This document shows positions 14,700-33,111 of a DNA stretch of 64,000 bases, one piece after another. The position numbers were made by a program, and so were the translations under genes. The notes beneath the pieces are model-generated. The model worked only from the letters and a program-made list of their open reading frames with translations, ran no database searches and was not told the origin of the DNA. The DNA lies in contig CP068257.2 of assembly GCA_009914755.4 (NCBI GenBank), positions 43,552,001-43,616,000 on the forward strand. The letters run 5' to 3'. Position 1 is the first letter of the stretch, and the number at the start of each line of letters is the position of its first letter. The stretch comes from the human T2T-CHM13v2.0 reference genome, Homo sapiens.

Positions 14700-15170
14700 A
14701 AGAGCTGTCCTTTTTTAAGAAGTATAGTGGTCCCCGCTTCTCCGTAGATGTGTCTCAAGACCCCCAGTAGACTCCTGAAACTGTAGATAGTACTGAACCC
14801 TGTACGTGCTGGTATTTTTCCTGTAAGTACCTTCCTATATAAAGTTTAATTTATGATTAGACACAGTAAGAAATTAACAGTCACTAATAATAAAATAAGA
14901 GTGACTTGAACACAAGCACAGTGATGCTGTGGCCATCAATCTTATCACCAAGGCGACTGCTAATGGGCCAGCGGCATCTGCAACGTGGATGGTTCACATC
15001 CCGGGCTGGACAGCACAAGATCGCACCACACTCCTCAGAACGGCATACAGTTGAAAGTCTGGAAGTGTTTATTTCTGGAATTTTTCATTTAATATCTTCA
15101 GATCACGGTTGACAGTGAGTAACTGAAACCTCTGAAAGTGAAACCTCAGATAAGGGGACCTGCTATAATT
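14700..15170 (+). mobile_element. Tigger-family (MER2-type) DNA transposon terminal fragment, about 300 bp upstream of exon 15474.
   Basis: Terminal segment ..cagttgaaagtctggaagtgtttatttctggaatttttcatttaatatcttcagatcacggttgacagtgagtaactgaaacctctgaaagtgaaacctcagataagggg.. resembles the remembered Tigger1 end. Confidence 0.4.
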
Positions 15171-15473
15171 AAATATGTAATTTCCTTTCTGATATTTCCC
15201 ACAGATTTCTCACAAGAAACATATGTGGCTCATTGATTGTGGGAAAACGTAATGGTAAAAACAAACACAGTGTAAAATAACTTTTAAGTAGATTTTTGTC
15301 TTTGTGATCGTAAGCTGCTAAATCAGTCTGTTAACTTTTTGTTGCACTCCTTTGTCAGTTGGTTGGGATCCTGCGGAATTGCCAGTGCATCCCTGTAACC
15401 ACGCAGGCTTGGGCTGGGCTGCGTCGACACTGAGTCCGAGCTCCCTGAAGACTGTGCTTTCTTCTCCCTCCAG

Positions 15474-15655
15474 CTGGAACGTGGTGGGCATCCAGGGATC
15501 CCTGCTCAGCATTTTCGTGGAGCCCATTTACTTCTCGAGCATCATCCTGGGCAGCCTTTACCACGGGGACCACCTTTCCAGGGCCATGTACCAGCGGATC
15601 TCCAACATAGAGGACCTGCCACCTCTCTACACCCTCAACAAGCCTTTGCTCAGTG
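15474..15655 (+). CDS. ADARB1: ADARB1 (ADAR2) internal coding exon, deaminase domain, 182 bp. First nucleotide completes an Arg codon (phase 1). Encodes [60 protein letters not shown] plus the first base of Gly.
   Basis: Acceptor ttcttctccctccag|C at 15471-15473. Frame-1 translation matches the remembered human ADAR2 protein and is in phase with the ORF-track entry 15352..15669. The only splice pairing that reproduces ...LLSG|ISNAEAR is a donor gcaagt at 15656-15661. Confidence 0.85.
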
Positions 15656-15907
15656 GCAAGTATCTCTAGAGTGTGCTGATTTAATCTCTGTCTTGATTTT
15701 GCAATGTTTTCATCCTCATGAATGAAAAAAACACCACCTGAGCTGCTCTGTGGCTATCAAAAGAACATCAGAGTCCTTCTAAAGAGACCCAAGGTGATGT
15801 TTCTGAGGCTCTCCGGGCCTTGTCTCTAGGGCCTTTTAAGTGAGTCTCTCTGTAAGATTAATCTCCTTTACCAATCACAAACCTAGCCATTCATAGAAGA
15901 ATTGATG

Positions 15908-16182
<275 letters not shown>

Positions 16183-17389
16183 AAGAAAGAAAGAAAGAAA
16201 GAAAGAAATGAAAAATGAAAAGAATGAAATTATGACTGGGCTGGGCACCTGTCTGTTTTCCTCTCACTCAGGCACTGTATTCATTCCTGTCTCAGCAGCA
16301 GAGACTCAACAGACACTGAAAATTATGTCAGCATTGGCTTTCCCAGACTAACCCTGAGCCAGGTCTCCGGGACGTTTACGCTGTCTTAGAGCCACCAGGG
16401 TGTCCACAGCGGTGAGCTGCCTAGAGCCTGCCCTGGGCTCCCTGGAGAGGCCCTGTTGGCTCCGAGAGATGGTGACAGGTGGAACCAGGGGTGCCAATGG
16501 CAGGCAGAGGCTGTCTCCCTGGTGTCTGCACCTACCCTCGATTCCCTTCATTGCTGGTTTTCTTTTTTCTTTTTTTAGAATTTCAGTGGCTAACAGTAAA
16601 GTGAACAGGAGCTTTTGAATTCAAAGGTCCTAACTTCTAAGCTCACCTTTATTTAAAAGGACACAGTTAAGGTATTTTTATCTTTTTAAACATATAATTT
16701 CACTACTTTTTTAAAAGCTCAAAACTAAAACCATAATCCTAACCTGAAACACGTTTATTTTGGGGTGTGTGTGTGCTTGTGTTTGTGCTGCCTTGTTTTC
16801 TAGTGCCTGGCAACTAGCACGCCTTTAATTTGAGAAAAAGCAGTGTGGAATTTTATTTGAAAGCATGCCTGTCAGAGCACATGAAGGAGGCAGGGATGGG
16901 GAAAAACAGTTGTCTTTAATTAAATTTTACAGTTCCGTAACTTAACCATTGTGTTTTAAGAAAAACAAAATAGATAAAACTTGATGGTAGGTAGGTTGAA
17001 ATTGTAGCATCAATGTCTTTTGAAGTATTTTGTTGTGTATTGGTGTGTGAATTTCTCATGATTCAGAAAATTTCCCTCTTTGCTCTCTGTCTTCTGTACT
17101 TGAGCAAAGAGTGCTTTAATTTTAGCTGTCACTCATCTTTTATATGCATAGATACTTAAAACATTGCATGTGGAATATGGGACACATAGGTGATACTCAA
17201 AAATAGTTGTTAATTAGGGCCTTGTTGAATAGCGCTGTCTAAGCAATATCTCATCCGTAACTAAAATCTGCAAAGACAGAATCATTTTGCTAAAGAAATT
17301 TTCTAAGATATTGAAAGTAGAGCTCATTTATAAAAGTCAGTGTATTTTTATCATATTTCACTTATGTGAAAAGCATCTATATCTGTTAA

Positions 17390-17815
<426 letters not shown>

Positions 17816-19522
17816 TAAAGCACATTACCAAACCCCTCCCCTGGTCCCCGCTGCAGGGGGCTGTGCCGAGCTGATTCAGCAGCAGCAGAGAGAGCCTGGG
17901 TTGGAGCCATGAGGCTGCCCCTGCGTCAGCTCTGCCTCCTTGGAAGCTTCTGTGTCTCGGGTTCTTCATACGCCCAGTGGCAGGGATGGACCAGGCACCC
18001 CTTGCAATCCTTCTGGACAAATGTGCCACTGTCCTATGAAAATAAAAGGACACCACTCAAGCTCCAGGAGGCAGAACCTTAACTCAAATCTGAGCCAATA
18101 AACAATGTCACTCTAGCACCAAAGTCTATTTCAAAATGCAAACTATTTGAAATATCTTATTTTTGGTAAATGCTTTATTTTGGAAATGGGTTTTTGTTGT
18201 TGTTTCCCTGAAGAGAGTTCAGATCAGCAAAGCAAGTAGCTTTGGAGAAGACACCTTTAGACGAGGACTCCTGTGAATCAGCAGGACAGCGTAGCAGGAC
18301 ATTAGGTGAGCCACAGGGTGGAGCAGGATGGGAGGGCAGAGGCTTCTGCTTCAGAATTGAAGCCGAAGGCAAGTAATGCTGTGGGTGTTACTGGAGACAA
18401 AAGGAACCAAACAAGAAAAATCTGGAGAGGCAAATGTTGATGTCTTAATAGATTTGGGAGGTCACACTCTTTAAAAATGGGTCCCAAAGCAAAGCTCTCA
18501 AAACTTCATTAAAAGAAAAGTCTTACATTTGACAAGTGACCTGGACAGAGGAGCTACCAGGACATTGGCCCCCTTGCTGTGCACCTGCACTGTGCATCAC
18601 AGCTCACGTCGTGTTTGTTACACTTTGTCACCTCACATTTTATTATAAAGGTCATTCCCGTGTTAAAAAGAGAGCGCGGTATGACAGCACCTAGTGAATT
18701 GTAGTGTCTTTAGGGAGGAACAAAAATGGACATAAATGAATACAAAGAAAAGATTACCTGAAACTGGGAGCAAATCAAAGTAAAAATGTAGGGATAGGGT
18801 GTTGCTTTCTTTTAAAAAGATAATGCTGTCAGGATTAAAGTGAGAAGAATTTAATTTTCATTTCAGCCTGAACACTAGTTTTACTTTCAGAAAGGTTCTT
18901 GGTGCCAAGCTGTGACACTTTTGCCTTTGTGGGTATACACACTTGGTACCCTTGCTTAGCACTGTGGAAGAGGAAGTCTCTCGAGCTTTCTCAGACTTTC
19001 TCTCAAATGAGTTTCACATCCAGCACTTGCAAGTTTCAGGACAATTCCAGCTTCTTATTTATGTCCATTGATCTCCTGAGTGTGAGCTCCTCAGCTGGCC
19101 CAGTTTGTTGTCCAACGCTCACTAAGATAAACCAAGAAGAAGGAGCAGGGTGCCCAAATGCCGCATGCGATGGCTCTGGGGACCTTGTTGACAGACAGCC
19201 TGCTCCGGGGTTTGCAGACAAGGCTTCCTATCCTGCTGGTTTTCATGTTGAATGTTGGCACGAAACGTTAACAAACAAGGCTACATGATGGGGTAGGGTC
19301 CTTGTGAAGAGCTTGCATTTAGGTATCTCTGGGAGGACAGCACAGGGACCCAAGGGGGCTGGCAGCAGGCCCAGGTGTGTGGCAGGAAGAAGGCAGGTGC
19401 CTGCTGAGCTGCTATCCACCCGAGACCATTTGACATTATGGGCAGGAAGAGCAAGGGAAGCTGGTTTAATGAGGCCCTGGCTGGAGTGAGAGAGAAGGAA
19501 CATCACTGTGAGAGTGTGGAAA

Positions 19523-19668
19523 GTGTGTGTGTGTATGTGTGCGTGTGTGTGTGTGTGAGTGCATGTGAGTGTGTGCATGAGTGCGTGTGTGTGTGAGTGT
19601 GTGTGCATGTGTGTGTGCACGCTCACATGAGTGTATGAGAGAGAGAGTGTGTGTGTGTGTGTATGCGT
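19523..19668. repeat. Complex imperfect (GT/TG)n with interspersed GA/GC. Purine-pyrimidine alternating tract.
   Basis: Direct reading of the sequence. Causes ORFs 19243..19767 and 19466..19774 (HTHTH peptides). Confidence 0.9.
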
Positions 19669-22600
19669 ATTCTCCAGGTAAGAGCAGGCACCGGGGTTGT
19701 GGGAAAGAGGTGTCAGTAATGTGAGTTTCCTCCTTGCCCTGGTTTCTAGGAGGAGTGAACGTGCCATGAGTCATTGTAGAAGAGAACGACCACCAAGCTT
19801 GGCTCCAAGTACAGAATCATTCTTTTCATCTGACAATTTTTCTTTCCATTTTACTTTCTGTTTTCCTCCCCTTTGCTTTTGCTGGACCGATTAAATTGTC
19901 TTTCCCCTTTCTTCCGACTGGTGGGAAGTTCTAAATCTTATTTCTATTCTGACCAGTGGTTACCCCAATTTTTTAAAACAAATATGTTTAAATCACTTTG
20001 AAAAAATGTTGGCATCAAGAATTAATATTTGTAAAGATCCAAACTTGGGAAAAGCTGAAATATTGGGCTCATTTTTATTCCACACTCTTCCCATCCTCAT
20101 CTTCCTAGATTCTGATGACATCATCTTGAGTTTTAGAAACTCATTTTATCGTGCTTTTTTTTTAAAAGCCTTTCGTAATGAGTCACATAGCCTCATGATC
20201 AACAATTGTTTAGATGAAGCCGTAAGAGCTCCTGGTTTCTCTTCTAACCAGTTTTCTGTAGCCAGTGCTCCTGCCCTTAACTCCACATCCAGATTTATTT
20301 TTCACTTTGCTGGAATATATCCTTAATTGGGGTGACAGGGTGATTTCTTGGTTGGTTGTTTTTGTTTGGTTTTTGGAGAAAAGTCCTGTGTGGGTGGGGC
20401 CCTGGATCTTGATGTTACCTGGCCCTTGCCTGTGTGCCAGGTGGACTGGGGACTGTGGATGTCTGCGCTCTGCCCTACCCCAAGGACACGTCAAGACCTC
20501 CATGCCACCCCTCCATGGTCACCCTTTGTCACAGAGCCAGTTTGAGTTTCTTTCCTTTCTAGAAGGTACCTCCTTGTTTTCTCTCCTGTAGTGTTACATT
20601 TATCTATTTTCCCTAAAATTCAGGAATTTCAACAGATTAAGCCTAGGTGTGTGGTTAGTTTGTTTGAGTTTCTTTCCTACTTACTACCCTGAACCCTCTG
20701 ATCTGGATTGTTGAGTCTTCACTTCTGAGAAGTTTCCTTCTGTCCTGTCACTTCTGCTAGAAGCATCTTCTCTGCCCTCTCTGTTGTCCCTGAAAATGCT
20801 GCTGAGCAGAACTCACAGGCCTGTGACCAGTGTCTCTCCTCTCATCTGATGTGCTTTTTTGACTGTACTGCATTCTAAGAGAATGCCTGACTTCTGTCAC
20901 CATCTCAGGAGTGAACTGTTTTCCCCGCGGAGCAGGCTCCCCGGGAGCTCATGCCTGGCCCACTTCCCTGCACCACGGCCGCCACACGGCTCCGTCTCTT
21001 GCTCTAGTTCTCCTTTCTGGGAGAGTGACTCCATTTGGGGCTCGTCATCTCTGTTGGGTTTTCAGTGGCTGCATTTGGGGTTCCTCATGTCTGTTGGGTT
21101 TTCAGTTCTCCTTTTGCATACTGAGAGAACAACTTTCTAGTGATTGGAACTGTCTAGAAAAGTTTCCTGAAAGGAATTGAGCTCCCCTGACTGGAAGAGT
21201 TCAGGTTGGAATTGGATGGACACTGTTGTTACGGACACGGTGATAGGGGATCTGGCTGAAAGGATTAACCCACGTGATCTCCAGGTGTCTTCTAAACTCG
21301 AGATCCTACGGAGTGCAGTTTGCTTGTTTTTAAATTCTCTGTGCAGATGACTGTAATGCTACAGTACAGTTACCATTACCTATTGTATCAATGACACTTT
21401 TGAAGGTTTTTAAAAATAATAATAGTTACACTTCACTGACTGCCGTCCTCAGGCCATCTCCCGGGCATGCATGTGCTCAAGTCAGGAGCCAGATTCTTAC
21501 ATGCTTCCCTGAATCCACGCCGCAGCCCTGTGGGCCGGGCCTGCCGTCACCCTTCACAGTGGAAGCAGCCGCAGCCGGCAGACACCACGAGGCTTGCAGC
21601 TCACAGCCATATTCCACTGTCCCTAGGACAAGTACAGCTTGAACCCACATCCCACCTTTCACCACCCCAAGCCTTGCCTCCCATGGACGAAGACAGTGCA
21701 CGAGAGTGCCTTGGGGCTCCCCCAGGAGCTGCTTCAGGAAAAGGAGGAGCTGGCAGGATCACTGTGAGCCTCTCAGCCCCACTCCCCCGGCTGCTCCCCT
21801 TCATCTACATCCAGTTAGCATCTCCTGCCCATGCAGCTCTCTGGACATGAGCCCACCTCACTCAGGACCACAGCTCTGAGGCTCCTTCCACAGCTGGTGT
21901 TCTAAAACCCTGAGGTCTCCTTTGAGAAAGGACTGTTATGTGGCCAGAGGTCCTCTGTGTAAAGCCCTCAGCACCTGGCTGGGGTTAGTGGACAACCAGG
22001 ACAAGGCACTTCCGAGCTGGCAGAGAAAGCCTGAGAGCAGCCCTGGGGAGTGGGCTGGAAGGGTCAGGAGAACCCAGCCATCTTGCTCTGTACGGATTCT
22101 AATGGCTTGTGTTTATTTCTCTGTCAGCTCAAGGGCTGCCCTTAAGACGATCACAATGAAAGGCTCAAAGGTGCTCTGCTCTCAGCTTAAATGGCAGGTT
22201 GGTTTTGGACCCAGAGGGGCTCAGAGGCTCCCTCCTGTGTTGCATGGCCTGTATCATCCTCACTGGGGGTGCTGTGCACAGTTTTCCTTATACTGTAACT
22301 TATGCCCAGGTCTTGACTCTTTCTTATTTGCAGAATAAAGGCCACTTTCAGTCGAGATTGTAAGTACACATTTTCCTTGATCCACTAATGAATGTCTGAT
22401 AGTTTCTATAACATGAACCCATAATAACCCTAAAATATCCATTAATCATTATGTATATTATTCATTTTTGATTACCCTACTGTATGAGGAACCTATTGGA
22501 AAATACCTTTAGGGTAGAAATAAGAAAAAACATCAATGCCAGCTCTTCTGAGTTTTTTAATTGTAGCAGTTATTAGGCCAATTCACAGTTTCTCTGTGTT

Positions 22601-24289
22601 TTTGCTTTAAAAGTTCTGATTCAGCACACTTAATTTACAACAACAGAGGGATTCTCGTTACCAGCCAAGTTGTTCTTGCTTTTATTGGTTTCTGTACCGT
22701 GGCCTGGGATTAACTCATTACCCTAGTTCCCTCTTTGCAGGCTGGAAAGATAAGCATCTCACTCACGTCAGCCCCCACACTGCACTGGCCTCAGGGACTC
22801 GTAGACGTATGCGCTTATGACCATTTAGGGGCTTTCTGCCCCAGAAAAAGCGTATGGTTAGTATTGGAAGCTCGGGCTATTTTCTTTTTTCCTTGTTTCC
22901 TCCATTTTTGTTTCAAGATGGGACTTGATTTAACTTAAAATATAAAAAATATTTTGTACTATTGGGATCTTATATTTTTGTTAATCATTTAGTTTTAGTG
23001 AAAAATATTGTAATTCTAAGGTTTAAGTATCATTCAACAGTAATCCTTTATTTTGATGAGAAGTAGTGGAATTGCAAAGGAAGATAATATAAGCGTTATC
23101 CATTTGTTTATGAAAGATTCAATTCCATTATGGTCAGAGATTCCCCAGCAGTTTAAATGGACACCCTCTCTTCTAGCCATTCCCCCACAAAAGAAATCCT
23201 TCCTGATTCTGTCTGCTTGAAGGGTGTGACCTTGAACATGCTCCTGGGGCTGCCGCCTCTACAGAGTGACAGCTCAGGGACCTGCAGGAACTCAGAACAT
23301 GCAGGCAGGTGCTGGAGGTAGGGCAGGTGTGCTGGTAAGATGGATGACCTCAGTTCCACTGGCAAAACTGTGCCACAGGAGAAACCTGAGCGTGTGGTAA
23401 AAACCACCCCAGCAGCAATCAGTAAATGCAGGAACAGTGACCTCAGGAAGACATGAGGCTCCTACCAGTGCCTGTGATGAGGCCAGCCCAGCCCTGTGTG
23501 TGGTTAGGGCACACCTGACCACCCCGACAACCAGGGAAGGACGGTGTTGGAGCTCTGAGTTCTTGGCATGAGGACATGATCTTGGCTGATTGTTTTCCTT
23601 CAGACCTTCTGCAGAATTGAATGCACATCAAAGAAACAAGCAGAAGAAACCATGCCAGCTACTTGTATTGAATAAAAGTATTTTACTTACAAACTTGGAT
23701 TATCAAACTTATGAGGAAAATAACACAAAAGAGAAAGATCTATATGAGAAAACAGAACAACTGAAAGAAACAATTTAGAAAACAAGAGAAATAAGTAATG
23801 ATAAATCTTATTAGTATGTTATTTAGTAAGTGCTGAAATCAAATATTAATTTGAAGGTCTAGAAAATATTCAGTATTTTTTGAGTGTGCAGTGGGCATGG
23901 TTCTGGGTGTTGGGATTTTGCAGTGCACAGGACAAACAAAACCTCTTCCTCATGGAGCTTTTGCTCTGATGAGGGCAGGGGGATGGTGAAGTCAGATAAG
24001 TCTCAGATAACTTGGAACAGAAAGGCAGAATTATGAGACAGTGGCCAGGGTGCTGCCCAAAACCTACCCAATCAGAATCTCAGAGGTAGGATTCAATGTG
24101 CTTATTGTTTAAAGCTTCATATCTGATTCTACTGAACATATCTGCTTAAGAACTACAAAATATATATTGGCTGTCTCTGGGTTTTATAGCTTTAATTTTC
24201 TAAGGTTTGTGTGAATTTTTGGAATTGTCCATAGTGAGCAAATGTTATTTTTTTAATGAGAACAATTTTTTTTATTTTTAAATTATCTT

Positions 24290-29900
<5,611 letters not shown>

Positions 29901-30158
29901 ATTCAATTCCGAGTTATGCAAGTGTCTTTTTAAAAACTTTCAACCCTGCAGAATTAGCCTGTGATTAGTTAAGATGAGATCGTTTAAACACAGCAAGAAA
30001 ATAAGTACAAGGGTACTTCAAAAAGTTCATAAAGTTAAAAGATAAAAAAATGTTTAAAGATATAAACATTATTTCTCAACATAAGCTCCATCAAATTCAA
30101 GACATTTTTGTAAGTGCTGATCCTAGCCATTTAGATTGTCCCTAAAGAACTGAATGGT

Positions 30159-30465
<307 letters not shown>

Positions 30466-31749
30466 TTAACCATGTCAGTGCAGTCTTTCTTACATTAGTA
30501 ACTGAAGAAAAATTCCTTAAGCATGCCCCTTAAGGAATTTTTGAGATTAGGAAACAAAAAGAAGTCAGAAGGAGCCAAATGAGGTGGATTTGCAACCACC
30601 ATAAGGTGGATGGCTCATGATTTCCTCTCGAAACCCTCACACACTTGCCCTTGTTTGATGAGAGGAATAAATAGGCGCTTTGTCATGGTGAAGGTCTCTG
30701 GCGAAGCTTCCCCAGGGGGTTTCTGCTAAAGCTTTGGCTCACTTTCTTGAAACACTGTCATCATAAGCAGATATTACCATCCTTTGGCCCTCCACGTGAA
30801 CCCAACAAGCAAAACGCCTTGAGCATCCCAAAAATGCTGCCATGGCCTGTGCTTTGGCCAGTCAGCCTGTGCTTTGACTGGGCCCCTTCTGCCTCTTGGT
30901 AGCCTTTTTTTTTTTTTTTTTGGATTATGCATTTTCTTCAGGATTGTCTTTGTAAAAGCTATTTTTATCTCCTGTTTGATGTTTGTTCTTGCTTCAATTT
31001 TAGCAGAAGTCATGTAGCTCTGATAGGAGCGCTTTTCAAACAGATGTCTTAATCTTCTTAGTGCCTCAAACTAGATCCTATTCAGACATGTTTCAGCAAG
31101 TTAGTACAAGTTTATTTTGGTGCCAAAAAATTTTGAAATCCATGAGGTTTTTTCATAATAAGCATTTTCCATGAACTTTTTCAAGACTCTTGTTAAGAAT
31201 TAGGGTTTCCTATTGCATCATGGATGTCACACATGCAAAGCCACGTGACCTGAACATGCCTGGCCTCTCAGTGGCAGGGGAGCACATGCAGGCATGAGCG
31301 CCAGAGGTGGTGTGATACAGGAGCAACCCCCACCTGCACGACCTCATGGGACCCTGCATTAGTCTCAGAAGTGGCTCCCACCCATCCACTCTCAGGCTGC
31401 CAAGGTTCCTGGCTCCGTCAGTGCCAGAGTGAGAAAAGACACACTTGTCAGGAAGTCTCATGATTTCAGGTTTCTGTCAATCTTCTGCCCACCTGCCCTG
31501 TCAGACAAGTGCATACCCGTGGGTCAGTTCTGCTTTCTCAGCACTGCTCCTATTCTGGTGGCCGTGGAAGAGTGTGAGGCCACTGCCACGGCAGATGCAC
31601 GCTCAAGTCTGCGTATATTCCTCGGCAGGCAGAATTCCCCCACCACGCACTTCTGTGGCCATGTCTGAGCACAGTGTGCCGCCCGTGGCTGCTCCCTCCC
31701 TGGGGGTGAAAGCGGGCTTCACACCACCTTCCTGTGTCTTCCGTTTCAG

Positions 31750-31928
31750 GCATCAGCAATGCAGAAGCACGGCAGCCAGGGAAGGCCCCCAACTTCAGTG
31801 TCAACTGGACGGTAGGCGACTCCGCTATTGAGGTCATCAACGCCACGACTGGGAAGGATGAGCTGGGCCGCGCGTCCCGCCTGTGTAAGCACGCGTTGTA
31901 CTGTCGCTGGATGCGTGTGCACGGCAAG
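31750..31928 (+). CDS. ADARB1: ADARB1 (ADAR2) penultimate coding exon, 179 bp. gc completes the Gly codon, then ISNAEARQPGKAPNFSVNWTVGDSAIEVINATTGKDELGRASRLCKHALYCRWMRVHGK.
   Basis: Acceptor ttcctgtgtcttccgtttcag|GC. Donor AAG|gtactgagg at 31929. Lies inside ORF-track entry 31734..31976. Matches the remembered ADAR2 C-terminal region. Confidence 0.88.
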
Positions 31929-32931
31929 GTACTGAGGCGCCCTCACCGCAATGCGCCGGCTCCACCTCCCCAATAGCTTGTCTGTCCTCACACCTACTGT
32001 TCCTTAAGTTGTTTCGTCATGTCATCATGCACAGCTTCCGAAAACGATCACTTGGAATGATTCTTCCTTCAGATTGTTTTAGCTTAGAAGTGTGGCTACG
32101 TCCCTGAAACCTTAATGCCATCTCAAAGGCAGCTCTTTTCCTCCCTGCTGCAGGGTAACACCCACTGCCAGGCCACTGTGTGTGGTGGAAACGTCTCTTA
32201 CTCTCAGATATTGAAAGTCATTATGCAAAACGCAGGGCCAGTCACCCTGCTGTCCCCTCCTTCTCAGCAACATAAAAATTGCTTGGATTGTGATAACCCT
32301 CCAGTGGAGTTTTTAAACCTTTTGAATTAGCTGTGGGGCCCTTTTTTCCCCAGAATAAAACTTTATATAGTAAGTCAGGGTATTACTAGTTTGTGTGTAT
32401 TCTTCAGTCAAGTAGATGGCATCTGTTTATTCTGAGACCAGCATTGTGCACTGGCATGGGAGGTATAGCCAGAAGGGACAGTGCCCGGGAGGGTCCTGTT
32501 CACCAGGGGCAGCACCCAGGCCAGCTGCCACAAGTCCAAGGTCCACACAGAAGGAGTTACTGGCCGCATGAGGGAAGGCCTCCGAGGTCATCAGGGTGAT
32601 GACACACATAACATCCGTGGTGCTTCTTAGAGTTAAAAATGAAACGTGAATCCACTATTGGTGGTTTCCCAGAAGCATGTCTTCAGAACTCGGGGGTCTG
32701 TAGCTGCCTGTTTGACCAGCAAGACTGGAACTTGGCAATAACTCAGCCCTTAGGAGACGCCGCACCTTGTTCTGTGTGAAGCCGTTCCCTTGGCAGAAGG
32801 CGCCTTCCTCTGGGTTGCTTTCCCCCCAGAAGCCAATGCAGTTCTGAAGGCCATGTTTTGGTATCTTATTAGGTGTTGTTTTCATCTGTTACAGCGTCAA
32901 CAGTTGCATTTGTTTTTTTATCCCTTCACAG

Positions 32932-33111
32932 GTTCCCTCCCACTTACTACGCTCCAAGATTACCAAACCCAACGTGTACCATGAGTCCAAGCTGGCGGCA
33001 AAGGAGTACCAGGCCGCCAAGGCGCGTCTGTTCACAGCCTTCATCAAGGCGGGGCTGGGGGCCTGGGTGGAGAAGCCCACCGAGCAGGACCAGTTCTCAC
33101 TCACGCCCTGA
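32932..33111 (+). CDS. ADARB1: ADARB1 (ADAR2) terminal coding segment: [59 protein letters not shown], stop TGA at 33109-33111.
   Basis: Acceptor tttttttatcccttcacag|GTT at 32930-32931. Translation in frame 1 equals the remembered ADAR2 C-terminus. The ORF track lists only the other frame here because the true frame lacks an upstream Met in this exon. Confidence 0.88.
   Translation, partial: VPSHLLRSKITKPNVYHESKLAAKEYQAAKARLFTAFIKAGLGAWVEKPTEQDQFSLTP

Noticed and set aside
19243-19774. 174-aa and 102-aa minus-strand ORFs rich in HTHTH.
   Set aside because: Translation of the (GT)n-type microsatellite. Not coding.
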